Source of the DNA: a virus
Taxonomy: Duplodnaviria > Caudoviricetes
DNA: 56,246 nt
Strand: one strand, 5' to 3'
IMG/VR virus record: IMGVR_UViG_3300015164_000001
Location: 1-56,246 of that record
Below, in pieces: positions 28,226 to 36,457 of this stretch; the first letter of the stretch is position 1, and the number at the start of each line of letters is the position of its first letter. The position numbers and the translations under genes were made by a program. The notes under the pieces are model-generated. The model made no database searches, was not told the origin of the DNA, and was given only the letters and a program-made list of their open reading frames with translations.

Positions 28226-28602
28226 CCGCCGTCCCCGGAAGCATCGAGAAGGTCGTCGAGGACGCCGTTCGCGCCCAGGTGCAGCAGATGATCGTGACCT
28301 CGCTGGAGTCGGTCGACGGGCTGACCGCTCGCATTGTCGCCGGAGCGATGCAGGCAAAGGTCAAGGATGGCTACCACGAGACGGTGTTCATCGAGAAGAT
28401 ATGCCGCGAGGCCGTGCAAGAGGCGGCACAGACCGCGGTGAAAGAGTGGATCGTCGAACAACGCCCGATGCTCATGGCCGAGATCAAGCGTCAGTTGTCT
28501 GCTCAGAAGGCCGGAGTCGCACAGGCGCTCGTCGAATCGCTGGCGAAGTCTGCAGCGAACGCGTACACATTCAAGGTCGAGATCGGCAAGGCCGAGTCAT
28601 GA
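28222..28602 (+). CDS. Hypothetical helical protein
   Basis: ATGA overlap; coding-like composition. Confidence 0.65.
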   Translation: MTAVPGSIEKVVEDAVRAQVQQMIVTSLESVDGLTARIVAGAMQAKVKDGYHETVFIEKICREAVQEAAQTAVKEWIVEQRPMLMAEIKRQLSAQKAGVAQALVESLAKSAANAYTFKVEIGKAES

Positions 28603-28660
28603 CGCGGCGAGTGTTCAAGTACCCATTGCTACTAAGGACGTGGGCAAGCCGCGCGAGCCG

Positions 28661-28750
28661 ATGAAAGGTTCGACCGCCGCGGTTGTCGCGCTTGTGTCCC
28701 TCGCTCAGATCGCGGGCGTCCTATTCATCGGAACGGGGCACCTGCGATGA
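28661..28750 (+). CDS. Small hydrophobic peptide
   Basis: ATGA overlaps on both sides. Confidence 0.4.
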   Translation: MKGSTAAVVALVSLAQIAGVLFIGTGHLR

Positions 28751-28914
28751 CCGTCGCCCTGCCCGCCGTCATCATCGCCCTCATCGGCTTCACCGGAGGA
28801 TGGGTGGCCCACGCCATGCACATGGCGCGCCTCCGCGAGCAACGGCGCTACCCGCGCCACACCTACCCGCGCAGCGTCCCGCCGACGCGCAAAAGAATGG
28901 ATCGGATCAACTGA
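28747..28914 (+). CDS. Small membrane protein
   Basis: N-terminal TM, basic tail; overlapping start/stop. Confidence 0.5.
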   Translation: MTVALPAVIIALIGFTGGWVAHAMHMARLREQRRYPRHTYPRSVPPTRKRMDRIN

Positions 28915-29141
28915 TGGGACAAGCCCTCTCTGTCATAGCCTCCGGCCTCTTCGCGGTCATCATCGCCGCTGTGGTCTTCGCGCTGTACTTCCTGCCCACC
29001 ATCGTCGCGGTCGCGACCAAGAGCCGTCACTCCGCGGCGGTGTTCGTCATCGACCTGTTCTTCGGCTGGACCTTTATCGGGTGGGTCGTCGCGCTGGCGA
29101 TGGGCGTCAGTGGTCAGCCCGTTCGCCCCGATCAGCGATGA
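28914..29141 (+). CDS. Superinfection immunity protein (T4 Imm-like)
   Basis: LYFLPTIVA...DLFFGWTFIGWVVAL signature. Confidence 0.85.
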   Translation: MGQALSVIASGLFAVIIAAVVFALYFLPTIVAVATKSRHSAAVFVIDLFFGWTFIGWVVALAMGVSGQPVRPDQR

Positions 29142-29452
29142 CCGACAGTCACGCTGGCGCGATTCCGCACGAGTTCCATGACGCCTTCTGTTGGCTGCAG
29201 AACGAGGCATTCTGCGCGTGTGACCGCGCCCGTGGTCACTTCGGGCCGCACTCGTGGGAACTGCCCGTGGACACGCAGGTGTGGGTCAAGCGCGAGCTTT
29301 ACGAGGCTGTGTGGCAGGCGTGGGAACTGGCACGCGACGGGCTGACAATCATTGCCCAAGAGGGATCAGCCCTCGCTCGGCAGGAGCGACAACTGGCGGG
29401 CGTCATCCTCAGATCAGCCGGTTTGGCGATCCCTGAACGGCGGCCGTCTTGA
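29138..29452 (+). CDS. Hypothetical protein
   Basis: ATGA overlap; C...GH.GPH motif. Confidence 0.55.
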   Translation: MTDSHAGAIPHEFHDAFCWLQNEAFCACDRARGHFGPHSWELPVDTQVWVKRELYEAVWQAWELARDGLTIIAQEGSALARQERQLAGVILRSAGLAIPERRPS

Positions 29453-30042
29453 CGCTGTTCGACGAGCCCGAACTGCCCCCTCACCTGAGAGCCGGGGATG
29501 GGCCGGACCCGGAGGCCGAGGCCGTCATCTCCGCTCTGGCGCGGGTATTCGGGCGCCAGCCGTGGCGGATCGGAGGCGAGCGCGAGGCGGAATGGTGCGC
29601 CAACCGCTGGGCCGCGGCCAAGGCGACGATCGACGCCATCGACGCCCATGCCGACGAGTACGCGCAGCGCATCGAGGAATGGCGCAAGGCCCGCACCGCC
29701 GAGGCCGAGCGGACGGTCGCGTGGGCCTCGGCGCATCTCACGCGGTGGCTGGAGCGCGAGCACGAGGCCGACCCAAAAGTCCTGTCCCGCAAGCTGCCAT
29801 CGGCCACCGTCGCCTCCAAAGCCGGCGGGGAGCGATGGGAGATACACCCCGACCTGTTCATCCCTTGGGCTCTAGTGAACGGCCGGACCGATCTGCTCAA
29901 GATCACGCCCGCACTCAACGAAGCGAAGAAGGCGCTGGAGCGCAAGGACGACCAGGCCATCGACCCGGACACGTCCGAGCTGATTCCTGGCGTGATCGTG
30001 GAGGATTCGCCTCGCTCCTTCCGCGTGGACCCGGCCCGATGA
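29449..30042 (+). CDS. Mu Gam-like host-nuclease inhibitor
   Basis: Coiled coil then KLPSATV, D.DT.E.IPGV.V...F.V. Confidence 0.65.
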   Translation: MTLFDEPELPPHLRAGDGPDPEAEAVISALARVFGRQPWRIGGEREAEWCANRWAAAKATIDAIDAHADEYAQRIEEWRKARTAEAERTVAWASAHLTRWLEREHEADPKVLSRKLPSATVASKAGGERWEIHPDLFIPWALVNGRTDLLKITPALNEAKKALERKDDQAIDPDTSELIPGVIVEDSPRSFRVDPAR

Positions 30043-30049
30043 GCGATCT

Positions 30050-30241
30050 ATGGTCCATCAACTGATCGAGCACAAGGGACTCGGCTCTAACGGTGGCGCG
30101 CCCTACCTGCTGTCGGCACGGTGCGGTCAAACGGAGCGCCGAGTTTCTCTGAACGTGCCGTTCCCCGAGTCCTTCACTGGCTGGAGCAGTCGAGTCACCT
30201 GCGATGCCTGCCGCAGACGCGACGTAGCCCTCGCTTCCTGA
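30050..30241 (+). CDS. Small Zn-finger-like protein, copy 1
   Basis: H...C...TCxxC; many synonymous differences from the paralog at 38405. Confidence 0.75.
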   Translation: MVHQLIEHKGLGSNGGAPYLLSARCGQTERRVSLNVPFPESFTGWSSRVTCDACRRRDVALAS

Positions 30242-30604
30242 GTGTCAGGAGGAGGGCTACGCTGTCTCGCAGTGCGACGAGAAACCCACCGTATCAACGA
30301 ACGCTGACTGACCGGGCAGTGCCCGACGACATCAGCCCGATCCACTGCTGAGTGGGTGGGATCACCCGTTATCGAACCTGTGGTCTGCTGAACGGAGACA
30401 CCGCTATTCCCGGCCGAGAACGCTGGCAAGGAGCGAAGTCCGTCGGCCCGGTGTGAACCGGCAGGCGCGTTTCTGACACGAAAGTCAGGGAGGGTGGCGG
30501 TCGCTAATCCATAACGCTGCCGTTGGTTGCAGGCTTCGGGACCTTTCATTGCTGACTACGGCTTCGGCTTTGCCATTCGCTTCCCTGATCACAGGCGAAT
30601 GGGG
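30223..30604 (+). ncRNA. Large structured RNA, copy 1
   Basis: No conserved long ORF; covarying stems versus copy 2; GNRA and cUUCGg tetraloops. Confidence 0.7.
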
Positions 30605-30642
30605 GATGAGACGCGGGGTGGGGGAACTGGTCCCGATAGTCC

Positions 30643-30672
30643 TTGCGTCGCTCTAGTCCAGCGCGCTAGAGT
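30643..30672 (+). promoter_or_regulatory. Promoter with 17-bp motif copy 4
   Basis: TTGCGT-N18-TAGAGT, 6 nt before ATG 30679. Confidence 0.8.
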
Positions 30673-30678
30673 GATCGC

Positions 30679-30900
30679 ATGACAATGACCCGCAGAGAAG
30701 AGCCCACGCAACAGCCCGAGCGCGCCATCGTCGGGCACTGCCCCGAGTGCGCGCGGGTGGTCATCCTGTGCAACAACCACGAGTCATGGCCCCTCGTCGT
30801 CTGCCATTGCGGATGGGAGGGCGGGACCGATGGCATCGTGAACCGCGTCCGGGTCGAGAACGGCGGCCGCATCGTCGACCAGCAGCACTCCGACTTCTGA
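30679..30900 (+). CDS. Small Cys-rich protein
   Basis: CPEC...CHCG; leaderless. Confidence 0.6.
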   Translation: MTMTRREEPTQQPERAIVGHCPECARVVILCNNHESWPLVVCHCGWEGGTDGIVNRVRVENGGRIVDQQHSDF

Positions 30901-31076
30901 TGAGTGTCGCCCCGACTTTCCACGACGCCGCCAAGCGCTCCGTCGTCACCCTGCCCGACCATCGCACCGCGCGCCTCGTGTTCGTGGCTCGCAAGGGGAA
31001 CACGGCGCGCGTGCAACTGGAGAGCGGCGCCTTCCTCAGCGTCAAGGCCGACTCTCTCAAGGTGGAGGAATCGTGA
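30900..31076 (+). CDS. Hypothetical protein
   Basis: TGATG overlap. Confidence 0.55.
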   Translation: MSVAPTFHDAAKRSVVTLPDHRTARLVFVARKGNTARVQLESGAFLSVKADSLKVEES

Positions 31077-31288
31077 CGACCTATGTGCTGGTCGAAGTCG
31101 GATGCATCGAGTGCGGGGATGACACGCTCGTCCGTGCGCTGACCGACGAGCTGCCCGCCGATGCGCTTGTCGTCCATCCCGGTGACAGCGTGGAACTGAC
31201 CTACCACGCCTCGCTGATCGCGATCCCCGTCACACCCGAGGCGCAAAATCCGAGCATGGCCCCTTCCCCGAAAGAGAGCACCCAATGA
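31073..31288 (+). CDS. Hypothetical protein
   Basis: GGAGG SD; GCIECG. Confidence 0.6.
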   Translation: MTTYVLVEVGCIECGDDTLVRALTDELPADALVVHPGDSVELTYHASLIAIPVTPEAQNPSMAPSPKESTQ

Positions 31289-32193
31289 CCGCCACCGAGA
31301 TCGCCACCATGGATGGGGCACCGCTGCCCGTCACCCGTTCCACGATGCCCGTCCGCCAGTCGCCCGCCGCCCTGGCCGAGCAGGCCCAGGAGATCCGCGA
31401 GGTCATGCGCGCCGTGCTCGTGGAGAACACCGACTACGGCGTGATCCCCGGGACCAACAAGCCATCGCTCTACAAGAGCGGGGCGGAATGGCTGCTCAAG
31501 TGGGGCGGCTTCGGGCATCGTCTCGAGCCGGTCGAGGTCGAGCGCGACGCCGACGGGCGCAAGTACGGCGTGACCTATCGCTGCACCGTGACCCTGCTGT
31601 CGGATCCGAGCGCCATCGTCTCAACTTGCGACGGATACGCAGGGATGGACGAAGATCGGTTCTGCCAGTCCGTCGAGGAACTCATGGCGAAGGAGAAGGC
31701 CAACGCCACGAAGTACAAGCGCGCGGCGGCCGAGTGGAAGTGGGCCGCGCCCTACCGAGCGCCGTGGAACTCCGTGCTCAAGATGGCGGAGAAGCGCGCT
31801 CTGGTGGGAGCCACGTTGCAGGCCTGCGCCGCCTCCGGGCTCTTCACGCAGGACATGGAGGATCATGCGCCGGCCGGCGTCCGTGAGCCAACCGAGCCTA
31901 CGGACTGGTTCGTCGCCAACGGGTGGGACGATGGAGACGCCGAGGAGGACGCCCACCACCGGGCCCTGATGGCCCGCCACAAGGCCCTGAGTGAGACGCC
32001 TCGGGCCGACTTCGATGGATGGGCCGCGGCCAACGGCATCGACCTGAAGAAGGCCCTCAAGCGCGAGCAGTGGGAGCAGGCGACGACCTACATTGACGCT
32101 CTCGCCGGCCAAGCCGTGGAGGACGCCACCGGCGACGAGACCACAGTCGAGAGCGGCAACGGGAGAGGGGAAGAGCCCGAACCCCGCCCTTGA
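31285..32193 (+). CDS. Putative recombination (strand-annealing-like) protein
   Basis: DYGVIPGT.KPSL.K.GAE and N..LKMAEKRALV...SGLFTQDMED motifs; located near Gam-like gene. Confidence 0.6.
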   Translation: MTATEIATMDGAPLPVTRSTMPVRQSPAALAEQAQEIREVMRAVLVENTDYGVIPGTNKPSLYKSGAEWLLKWGGFGHRLEPVEVERDADGRKYGVTYRCTVTLLSDPSAIVSTCDGYAGMDEDRFCQSVEELMAKEKANATKYKRAAAEWKWAAPYRAPWNSVLKMAEKRALVGATLQACAASGLFTQDMEDHAPAGVREPTEPTDWFVANGWDDGDAEEDAHHRALMARHKALSETPRADFDGWAAANGIDLKKALKREQWEQATTYIDALAGQAVEDATGDETTVESGNGRGEEPEPRP

Positions 32194-32819
32194 TCGGGGC
32201 CAGTGAGGCGGATCCGCCGCCGCCTCCTGGCCCCGAACCCCCGAAGGTCGAGCAGCTCGTCGAGAACCTCGAAACCGCCGCCGCCGCGGCCAAGGAAGCC
32301 CGCGAGGCTCAGATTCGCCCTGAGACGCCCCAGGAGCCGAGCGCGCCAACCACCGCGCCCGAGGCCCCCGAGAGCCACAGCGGCGAAATCCCGGCCCGAT
32401 CCGAGGCGAATCGCTGCGCCTGCGGTGACACTGGTTCGATCAAGGGCGAGCGATGCCCGTTCTGTGAGATGCCCCCTTGTCGCTTCTGCGGCTCCGTCGA
32501 CGAGCCGCGGGCATGGTGCGGATCCGAGCTCGGCATGGCCGACGACATCGCCGACCCCCGCGCCGAGTGCGTCGACGAGAAGGCGTGCGCGGTGCGGGAT
32601 GCCATCGCCTCCGCCCCCGACGGCGAGTACACGCCGGCACCGAGCGATGACCCGACATCGGCACCCGAGGCCTGCCCGCTCTGCCATAGCTCACGCGCCA
32701 CGCTGGTGTTCGTCCCGCCGACCCACCTCGAGGATTCCGGCCAGTGGCGTTGCCAGAACGGGTCCGCCTGTAAAAGCCGCCAACAGTTGGCCCAGGCGCG
32801 GGAATCATTGGGCGAATGA
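32190..32819 (+). CDS. Cys-rich hypothetical protein
   Basis: Several CxxC pairs. Confidence 0.55.
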   Translation: MIGASEADPPPPPGPEPPKVEQLVENLETAAAAAKEAREAQIRPETPQEPSAPTTAPEAPESHSGEIPARSEANRCACGDTGSIKGERCPFCEMPPCRFCGSVDEPRAWCGSELGMADDIADPRAECVDEKACAVRDAIASAPDGEYTPAPSDDPTSAPEACPLCHSSRATLVFVPPTHLEDSGQWRCQNGSACKSRQQLAQARESLGE

Positions 32820-33064
32820 GAGAGCGGCCCACCTGGATGATCTATGGAAACTGCGTGGGTCTCGCCCCGGCCACGTTCTACCCATCGCCGCACGACCTGA
32901 CCGGCGAACTCATGGCGAAGGCGATCTGCGCCGAGTGCCCGGTTCTGTCTCCGTGCCGAACGTACGCCCTAGACAACGACGAATCGGGCGTTTGGGGGAT
33001 GACGAGCGAGGCGGAGCGGCGCGCGATGACGAAGCGGACTAAGAAGCTCCTGCGGGCACAGTGA
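32816..33064 (+). CDS. whiB: WhiB family transcription factor
   Basis: C...AK.IC..CPV...C...GVWG..SE.ERR. Confidence 0.92.
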   Translation: MRERPTWMIYGNCVGLAPATFYPSPHDLTGELMAKAICAECPVLSPCRTYALDNDESGVWGMTSEAERRAMTKRTKKLLRAQ

Positions 33065-33231
33065 GCGCCGAGCCCGTCTCGAAGTTCGCTCTGATGAACC
33101 AGGGCTGGCCGATGCCGGCGCAGCACGGCACCCGTTCGCGGTATCGCAAGGGCTGCAAGTGCGACTGGTGCCGCGAGGCCGAGGCGACCTACCGGGCCCG
33201 CTATCGCGAGCGGCTGGCCCGCTCGAAGTAA
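33061..33231 (+). CDS. Small Zn-binding protein
   Basis: HGT..RY..GCKC..CR.A motif common next to phage WhiB. Confidence 0.65.
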   Translation: MSAEPVSKFALMNQGWPMPAQHGTRSRYRKGCKCDWCREAEATYRARYRERLARSK

Positions 33232-33404
33232 TCCCACAGGCTGAGCCACCCGTCCGCGCACTAGTCGCGGTAGCGTGCTCGCGTACACCTTCGGGACGCG
33301 AGACACGCCAGCCGCTCGACTGGCTGGCGTGCTCTAGATCGGTCCCGGCTCAGGAGGGGATCTCAGATCATGGTCAGGAATGTAGCAAAGGCCAGTGACA
33401 AGCC

Positions 33405-34157
33405 GTGAGCGCGGAAGCGACTGGATGGGTCTACCGCCATTCGCCATTCAGGGGAGCCGTGTTCGCGGTTCACCACGCCATCGCCGATTCAGTGAACGAC
33501 CAGCACGACAACGAGTTCTGGATGGCCGTTGGTCGCCTGGCTGAGAAGTGTCGGTTGACCCGGCGCACGGCAGGTCTGGCTATGGCGACTCTGGTTGCAG
33601 AGGGGTACGTAGATATCACGGACGGTGATCCTGTAAATGCCGCGCGACCAGTCCGGTATCGCTTCCTATTCCCCGAGTCGCCAGTGGTGTTCGAGGGAAG
33701 GCGGGTGCGTGATCCACGCAACCTGGTGCGCAGCAATCACGCACCAGGTGCGCAATCCACGACACCGGAGGTGCGAACTGACAACGCACCCATAGAACCC
33801 AATAGAGAACCCAAGCTAAAAACCCAAGCAGAGAATGGTCAGTTCGATGCCTTCTGGATGGCCTATCCGCGCAAGGTCGCGAAAGGCGATGCGCGAAAGG
33901 CGTACGCCAAAGCCATCCAAACCGCCGACCCCGAGATAATCACTCTCGGTGCTCATCGCTTGGCGAACGATCCGAACCGCGTGGACAAGTTCACACCGCA
34001 TCCGGCGACGTGGCTGAACGGCGAACGATGGAATGACCCGCCGTTGCCGTCGACGCTGAGCCCCGTCCGCTCGGGGCCTTCACAGAACGGCATCACTGGA
34101 GCGGGCCCACGCACGATCACCGTCACGCGCCCAGCGAAACGAGATCCCCGTGGATGA
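33405..34157 (+). CDS. Replication initiator (winged HTH)
   Basis: N-terminal HTH; FDAFW.AYPRKV.K..A; PHPATWLNGERW. Confidence 0.85.
   Translation: MSAEATGWVYRHSPFRGAVFAVHHAIADSVNDQHDNEFWMAVGRLAEKCRLTRRTAGLAMATLVAEGYVDITDGDPVNAARPVRYRFLFPESPVVFEGRRVRDPRNLVRSNHAPGAQSTTPEVRTDNAPIEPNREPKLKTQAENGQFDAFWMAYPRKVAKGDARKAYAKAIQTADPEIITLGAHRLANDPNRVDKFTPHPATWLNGERWNDPPLPSTLSPVRSGPSQNGITGAGPRTITVTRPAKRDPRG
33704..33827. repeat. Iteron-like origin of replication inside the initiator gene
   Basis: Four GGTGCG...CGCACC-like palindromic units (33704, 33725, 33747, 33770) then three AACCCAA repeats in an A-rich tract. Confidence 0.7.
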
Positions 34158-34803
34158 TGAACCCCGCAAGGTCGACGCCGGCCCGCTCACCGCCCGATTG
34201 GAAGCGGTGCAAGCCAAGGCCCGCGAACGGGGGTACGCCGAGCCCGAGCCGGTGAGGATGTACCAGCCCACACCGGAGGATCAGGAGCGGACGCGCTGGC
34301 AACGATGGGCGCCGCAGAAGTTCCACGCGGCGGAGTTGGGCACGCTCGATCCGGACGGGCGCGCCATCGCCGATGACTGGCTGGCCGATCCGACCGTGAA
34401 CCTGATCCTCTCCGGCCCCGTGGGAGTGGGAAAGACCCATCTGGCCTTCGCCATCTGTCGCAAGCTGCTCACCGTCGTAGGGCGGGTGTCGTGGTGGCCG
34501 ACGGTGGAGTTGCTCGATGCTCTCCGACCAAGCGATGACGGCGCGGTCGACATGCGTGGCCTAGTCGAAGAACGGGTGCTGATGCTCGACGACCTCGGCG
34601 GGGAACGGGCGAGCGACTGGACGCGCGAGCGGCTCTACTCGCTCATCAATCGTCGCTGGATGGAGGAACGCCCACTCATCGTCACCGTCAACACCGACAC
34701 GGCCGGCTTGGTGGAGGCGATCGGCGAACGGTCCGTAGACCGGCTGCTCGACGGCGCGGTATCAGTCAGGCTCGCAGGCGCAAGTCGAAGGGAGCGGGCA
34801 TGA
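34150..34803 (+). CDS. DnaC/IstB-like ATPase (helicase loader)
   Basis: Walker A GPVGVGKT, Walker B LMLDDLG, R..DRL. Confidence 0.9.
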   Translation: MDDEPRKVDAGPLTARLEAVQAKARERGYAEPEPVRMYQPTPEDQERTRWQRWAPQKFHAAELGTLDPDGRAIADDWLADPTVNLILSGPVGVGKTHLAFAICRKLLTVVGRVSWWPTVELLDALRPSDDGAVDMRGLVEERVLMLDDLGGERASDWTRERLYSLINRRWMEERPLIVTVNTDTAGLVEAIGERSVDRLLDGAVSVRLAGASRRERA

Positions 34804-35063
34804 GCGGGAAAGACGCCGCGGTAGAGGCCCTGGTGGAATCGGCCGCGATCGCGTCGGCGGACTGTGCAGATTGGCAAGGCACGCCGTCGATCCTGCTTGC
34901 CAAGGCTCTGGTCCTTGCTACTCGCCAGAACTTGGAACGGGCCGCCATGCCAGACATGGACCCGGAGGACCAGTTGTGGGCTCTGGCACAACTTGAGGAC
35001 GTACCGAAGGCGGCGGCTGGGATGGTGGTGAATCTCCATCGTCCGTCGCCAGAACCGCGCTAG
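34800..35063 (+). CDS. Hypothetical protein
   Basis: ATGA overlap. Confidence 0.5.
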   Translation: MSGKDAAVEALVESAAIASADCADWQGTPSILLAKALVLATRQNLERAAMPDMDPEDQLWALAQLEDVPKAAAGMVVNLHRPSPEPR

Positions 35064-35079
35064 TCCAATGCGCTAGAGT
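35063..35079 (+). promoter_or_regulatory. 17-bp motif copy 5 (GTCCAATGCGCTAGAGT)
   Basis: 7 nt before ATG 35087. Confidence 0.75.
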
Positions 35080-35086
35080 GCCCGCA

Positions 35087-35620
35087 ATGACCGCGACCAT
35101 CGTCGGACTGGACCTCAGCCTCACGGGCACGGGTATCGCCACCGAGGACGGCGAACAACTCGCCGCATTCCCGAAGCTGCGGGGTCTGGAGCGCATCGTC
35201 TCCATCCGTGACGCCGTGCTCAAGGAGACGAGTAACGCCGACCTCGTGGTCATCGAGGACTACGCCTTCTCGCGCGCCGCCAGCCATGCTCACGAGCTGG
35301 GCGAGCTAGGTGGCGTGGTCAAGGTGGCGCTGCGCGAGGAAGGCATAGCCGTGGTGCTCGTCGGCCCGAGCGCCCTCAAGAAGTGGGCGACTGGCAAGGG
35401 AAACGCGACGAAGCCCGACATGCGCATGGCGCGGCTCAAGCGCACCGGCGTCGACGAGCGCGACGACAACAAGAACGATGCGTGGTGGCTCCGCCAGCTC
35501 GCGCTCTACGCGTACGGCGACGAGTCACTCCACCTGCCCGCATTGCAAGCCGCGGTGGCCGGCGCGCTGACGTGGCCGCAACTGCGCCCGCTCGACGATC
35601 CACCCGCCCGAACCGACTGA
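35087..35620 (+). CDS. RuvC-like Holliday junction resolvase
   Basis: GLDLSLTGTG, VVIE, LKKWATGKGNA.K, DD...DA. Confidence 0.88.
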   Translation: MTATIVGLDLSLTGTGIATEDGEQLAAFPKLRGLERIVSIRDAVLKETSNADLVVIEDYAFSRAASHAHELGELGGVVKVALREEGIAVVLVGPSALKKWATGKGNATKPDMRMARLKRTGVDERDDNKNDAWWLRQLALYAYGDESLHLPALQAAVAGALTWPQLRPLDDPPARTD

Positions 35621-35634
35621 GAGAGAGAACCCCA

Positions 35635-35967
35635 ATGGCTGACAAGCTCACACGCTTCGAAGGACAACCCGTGAAGGCCGCGCGCCTGAAGGTGAATGGG
35701 CTCTCGTCCTCGATCGACGAAGCACTCCACGTCGGCGACATCGGCTATGCCGTCATCGAGTACGAGCTCGGCGAAGTGGGCCATGTCAACGACGACAAGA
35801 TCGGGCTCATCCGCGTGCACAAGGCGAACCTCATCCGCCACGCCTCGATGGAAGGCCCGGACGCCCGCTTCATCCTCGACGCCGCGGACGAAGCCCAGCG
35901 GCTGGCCGAGGAAGCGGCGAGCGGCATCTCCCGGTTGCCCCTAGAACCGGACGCGGCGGCTCAATGA
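35635..35967 (+). CDS. Hypothetical protein
   Basis: ATG after purine-rich tract; coding-like composition. Confidence 0.6.
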   Translation: MADKLTRFEGQPVKAARLKVNGLSSSIDEALHVGDIGYAVIEYELGEVGHVNDDKIGLIRVHKANLIRHASMEGPDARFILDAADEAQRLAEEAASGISRLPLEPDAAAQ

Positions 35968-36233
35968 CCCCGCGGCGCTATCGCAAGAAGCCAGTTGTCA
36001 TTGAGGCCATCCAGTTCGACGGCAATTTCGATGAGGTCGAAGCATTCGTTGGCGGCGACGCAGAGTTTCGTGACGGCCAGCTTGTGATCGCCACGCTGGA
36101 AGGAGCGATGCGGGCTGATCCGCACGACTGGATCATCCGCGGCGTCAAAGGCGAGTTCTACCCGTGCAAGCCCGACATCTTCGCCGCTACCTACGAAGCG
36201 GTCAACGCTCTCGGAGCGGTGGTGGAATCGTGA
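35964..36233 (+). CDS. Conserved phage protein
   Basis: YRKKPVVIEAIQF...TLEG...GEFYPCKPDIF. Confidence 0.8.
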   Translation: MTPRRYRKKPVVIEAIQFDGNFDEVEAFVGGDAEFRDGQLVIATLEGAMRADPHDWIIRGVKGEFYPCKPDIFAATYEAVNALGAVVES

Positions 36234-36457
36234 CCCCCAAGCAGGCCGAACGCGCCCTGGTGGCCATCGGCAAGCGCCTCCAGGCCAACAAGGACGACGA
36301 AGCGCGGCTCTTGACCGAGGTCGAGGACACGGTGTACGAGGCCCGAGCGGCCGGCGTGGAGTGGGCCGCGATCCCCGGCCTGTTGGGCAAGTCGCGCTCG
36401 GGGTGCCTGGCCTACTACGCGCGGGCCAAGGCGCGGCGGGAAGCGGCTACGGCGTGA
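36230..36457 (+). CDS. Small HTH-like protein
   Basis: AR.AG..W..I...LG.SR pattern. Confidence 0.55.
   Translation: MTPKQAERALVAIGKRLQANKDDEARLLTEVEDTVYEARAAGVEWAAIPGLLGKSRSGCLAYYARAKARREAATA

Noticed and set aside
30127-30549. Minus-strand 140-aa ORF across the duplicated region
   Set aside because: Frame is broken in the second copy and differences are mostly non-synonymous
30223-30604. tmRNA, RNase P RNA, group II intron or twister ribozyme identity for the large RNA
   Set aside because: No tRNA-like acceptor/T arm or CCA end, no RNase P GAGGAAAGUCC element, no group II domain V triad; twister P2 and pseudoknot pairings fail
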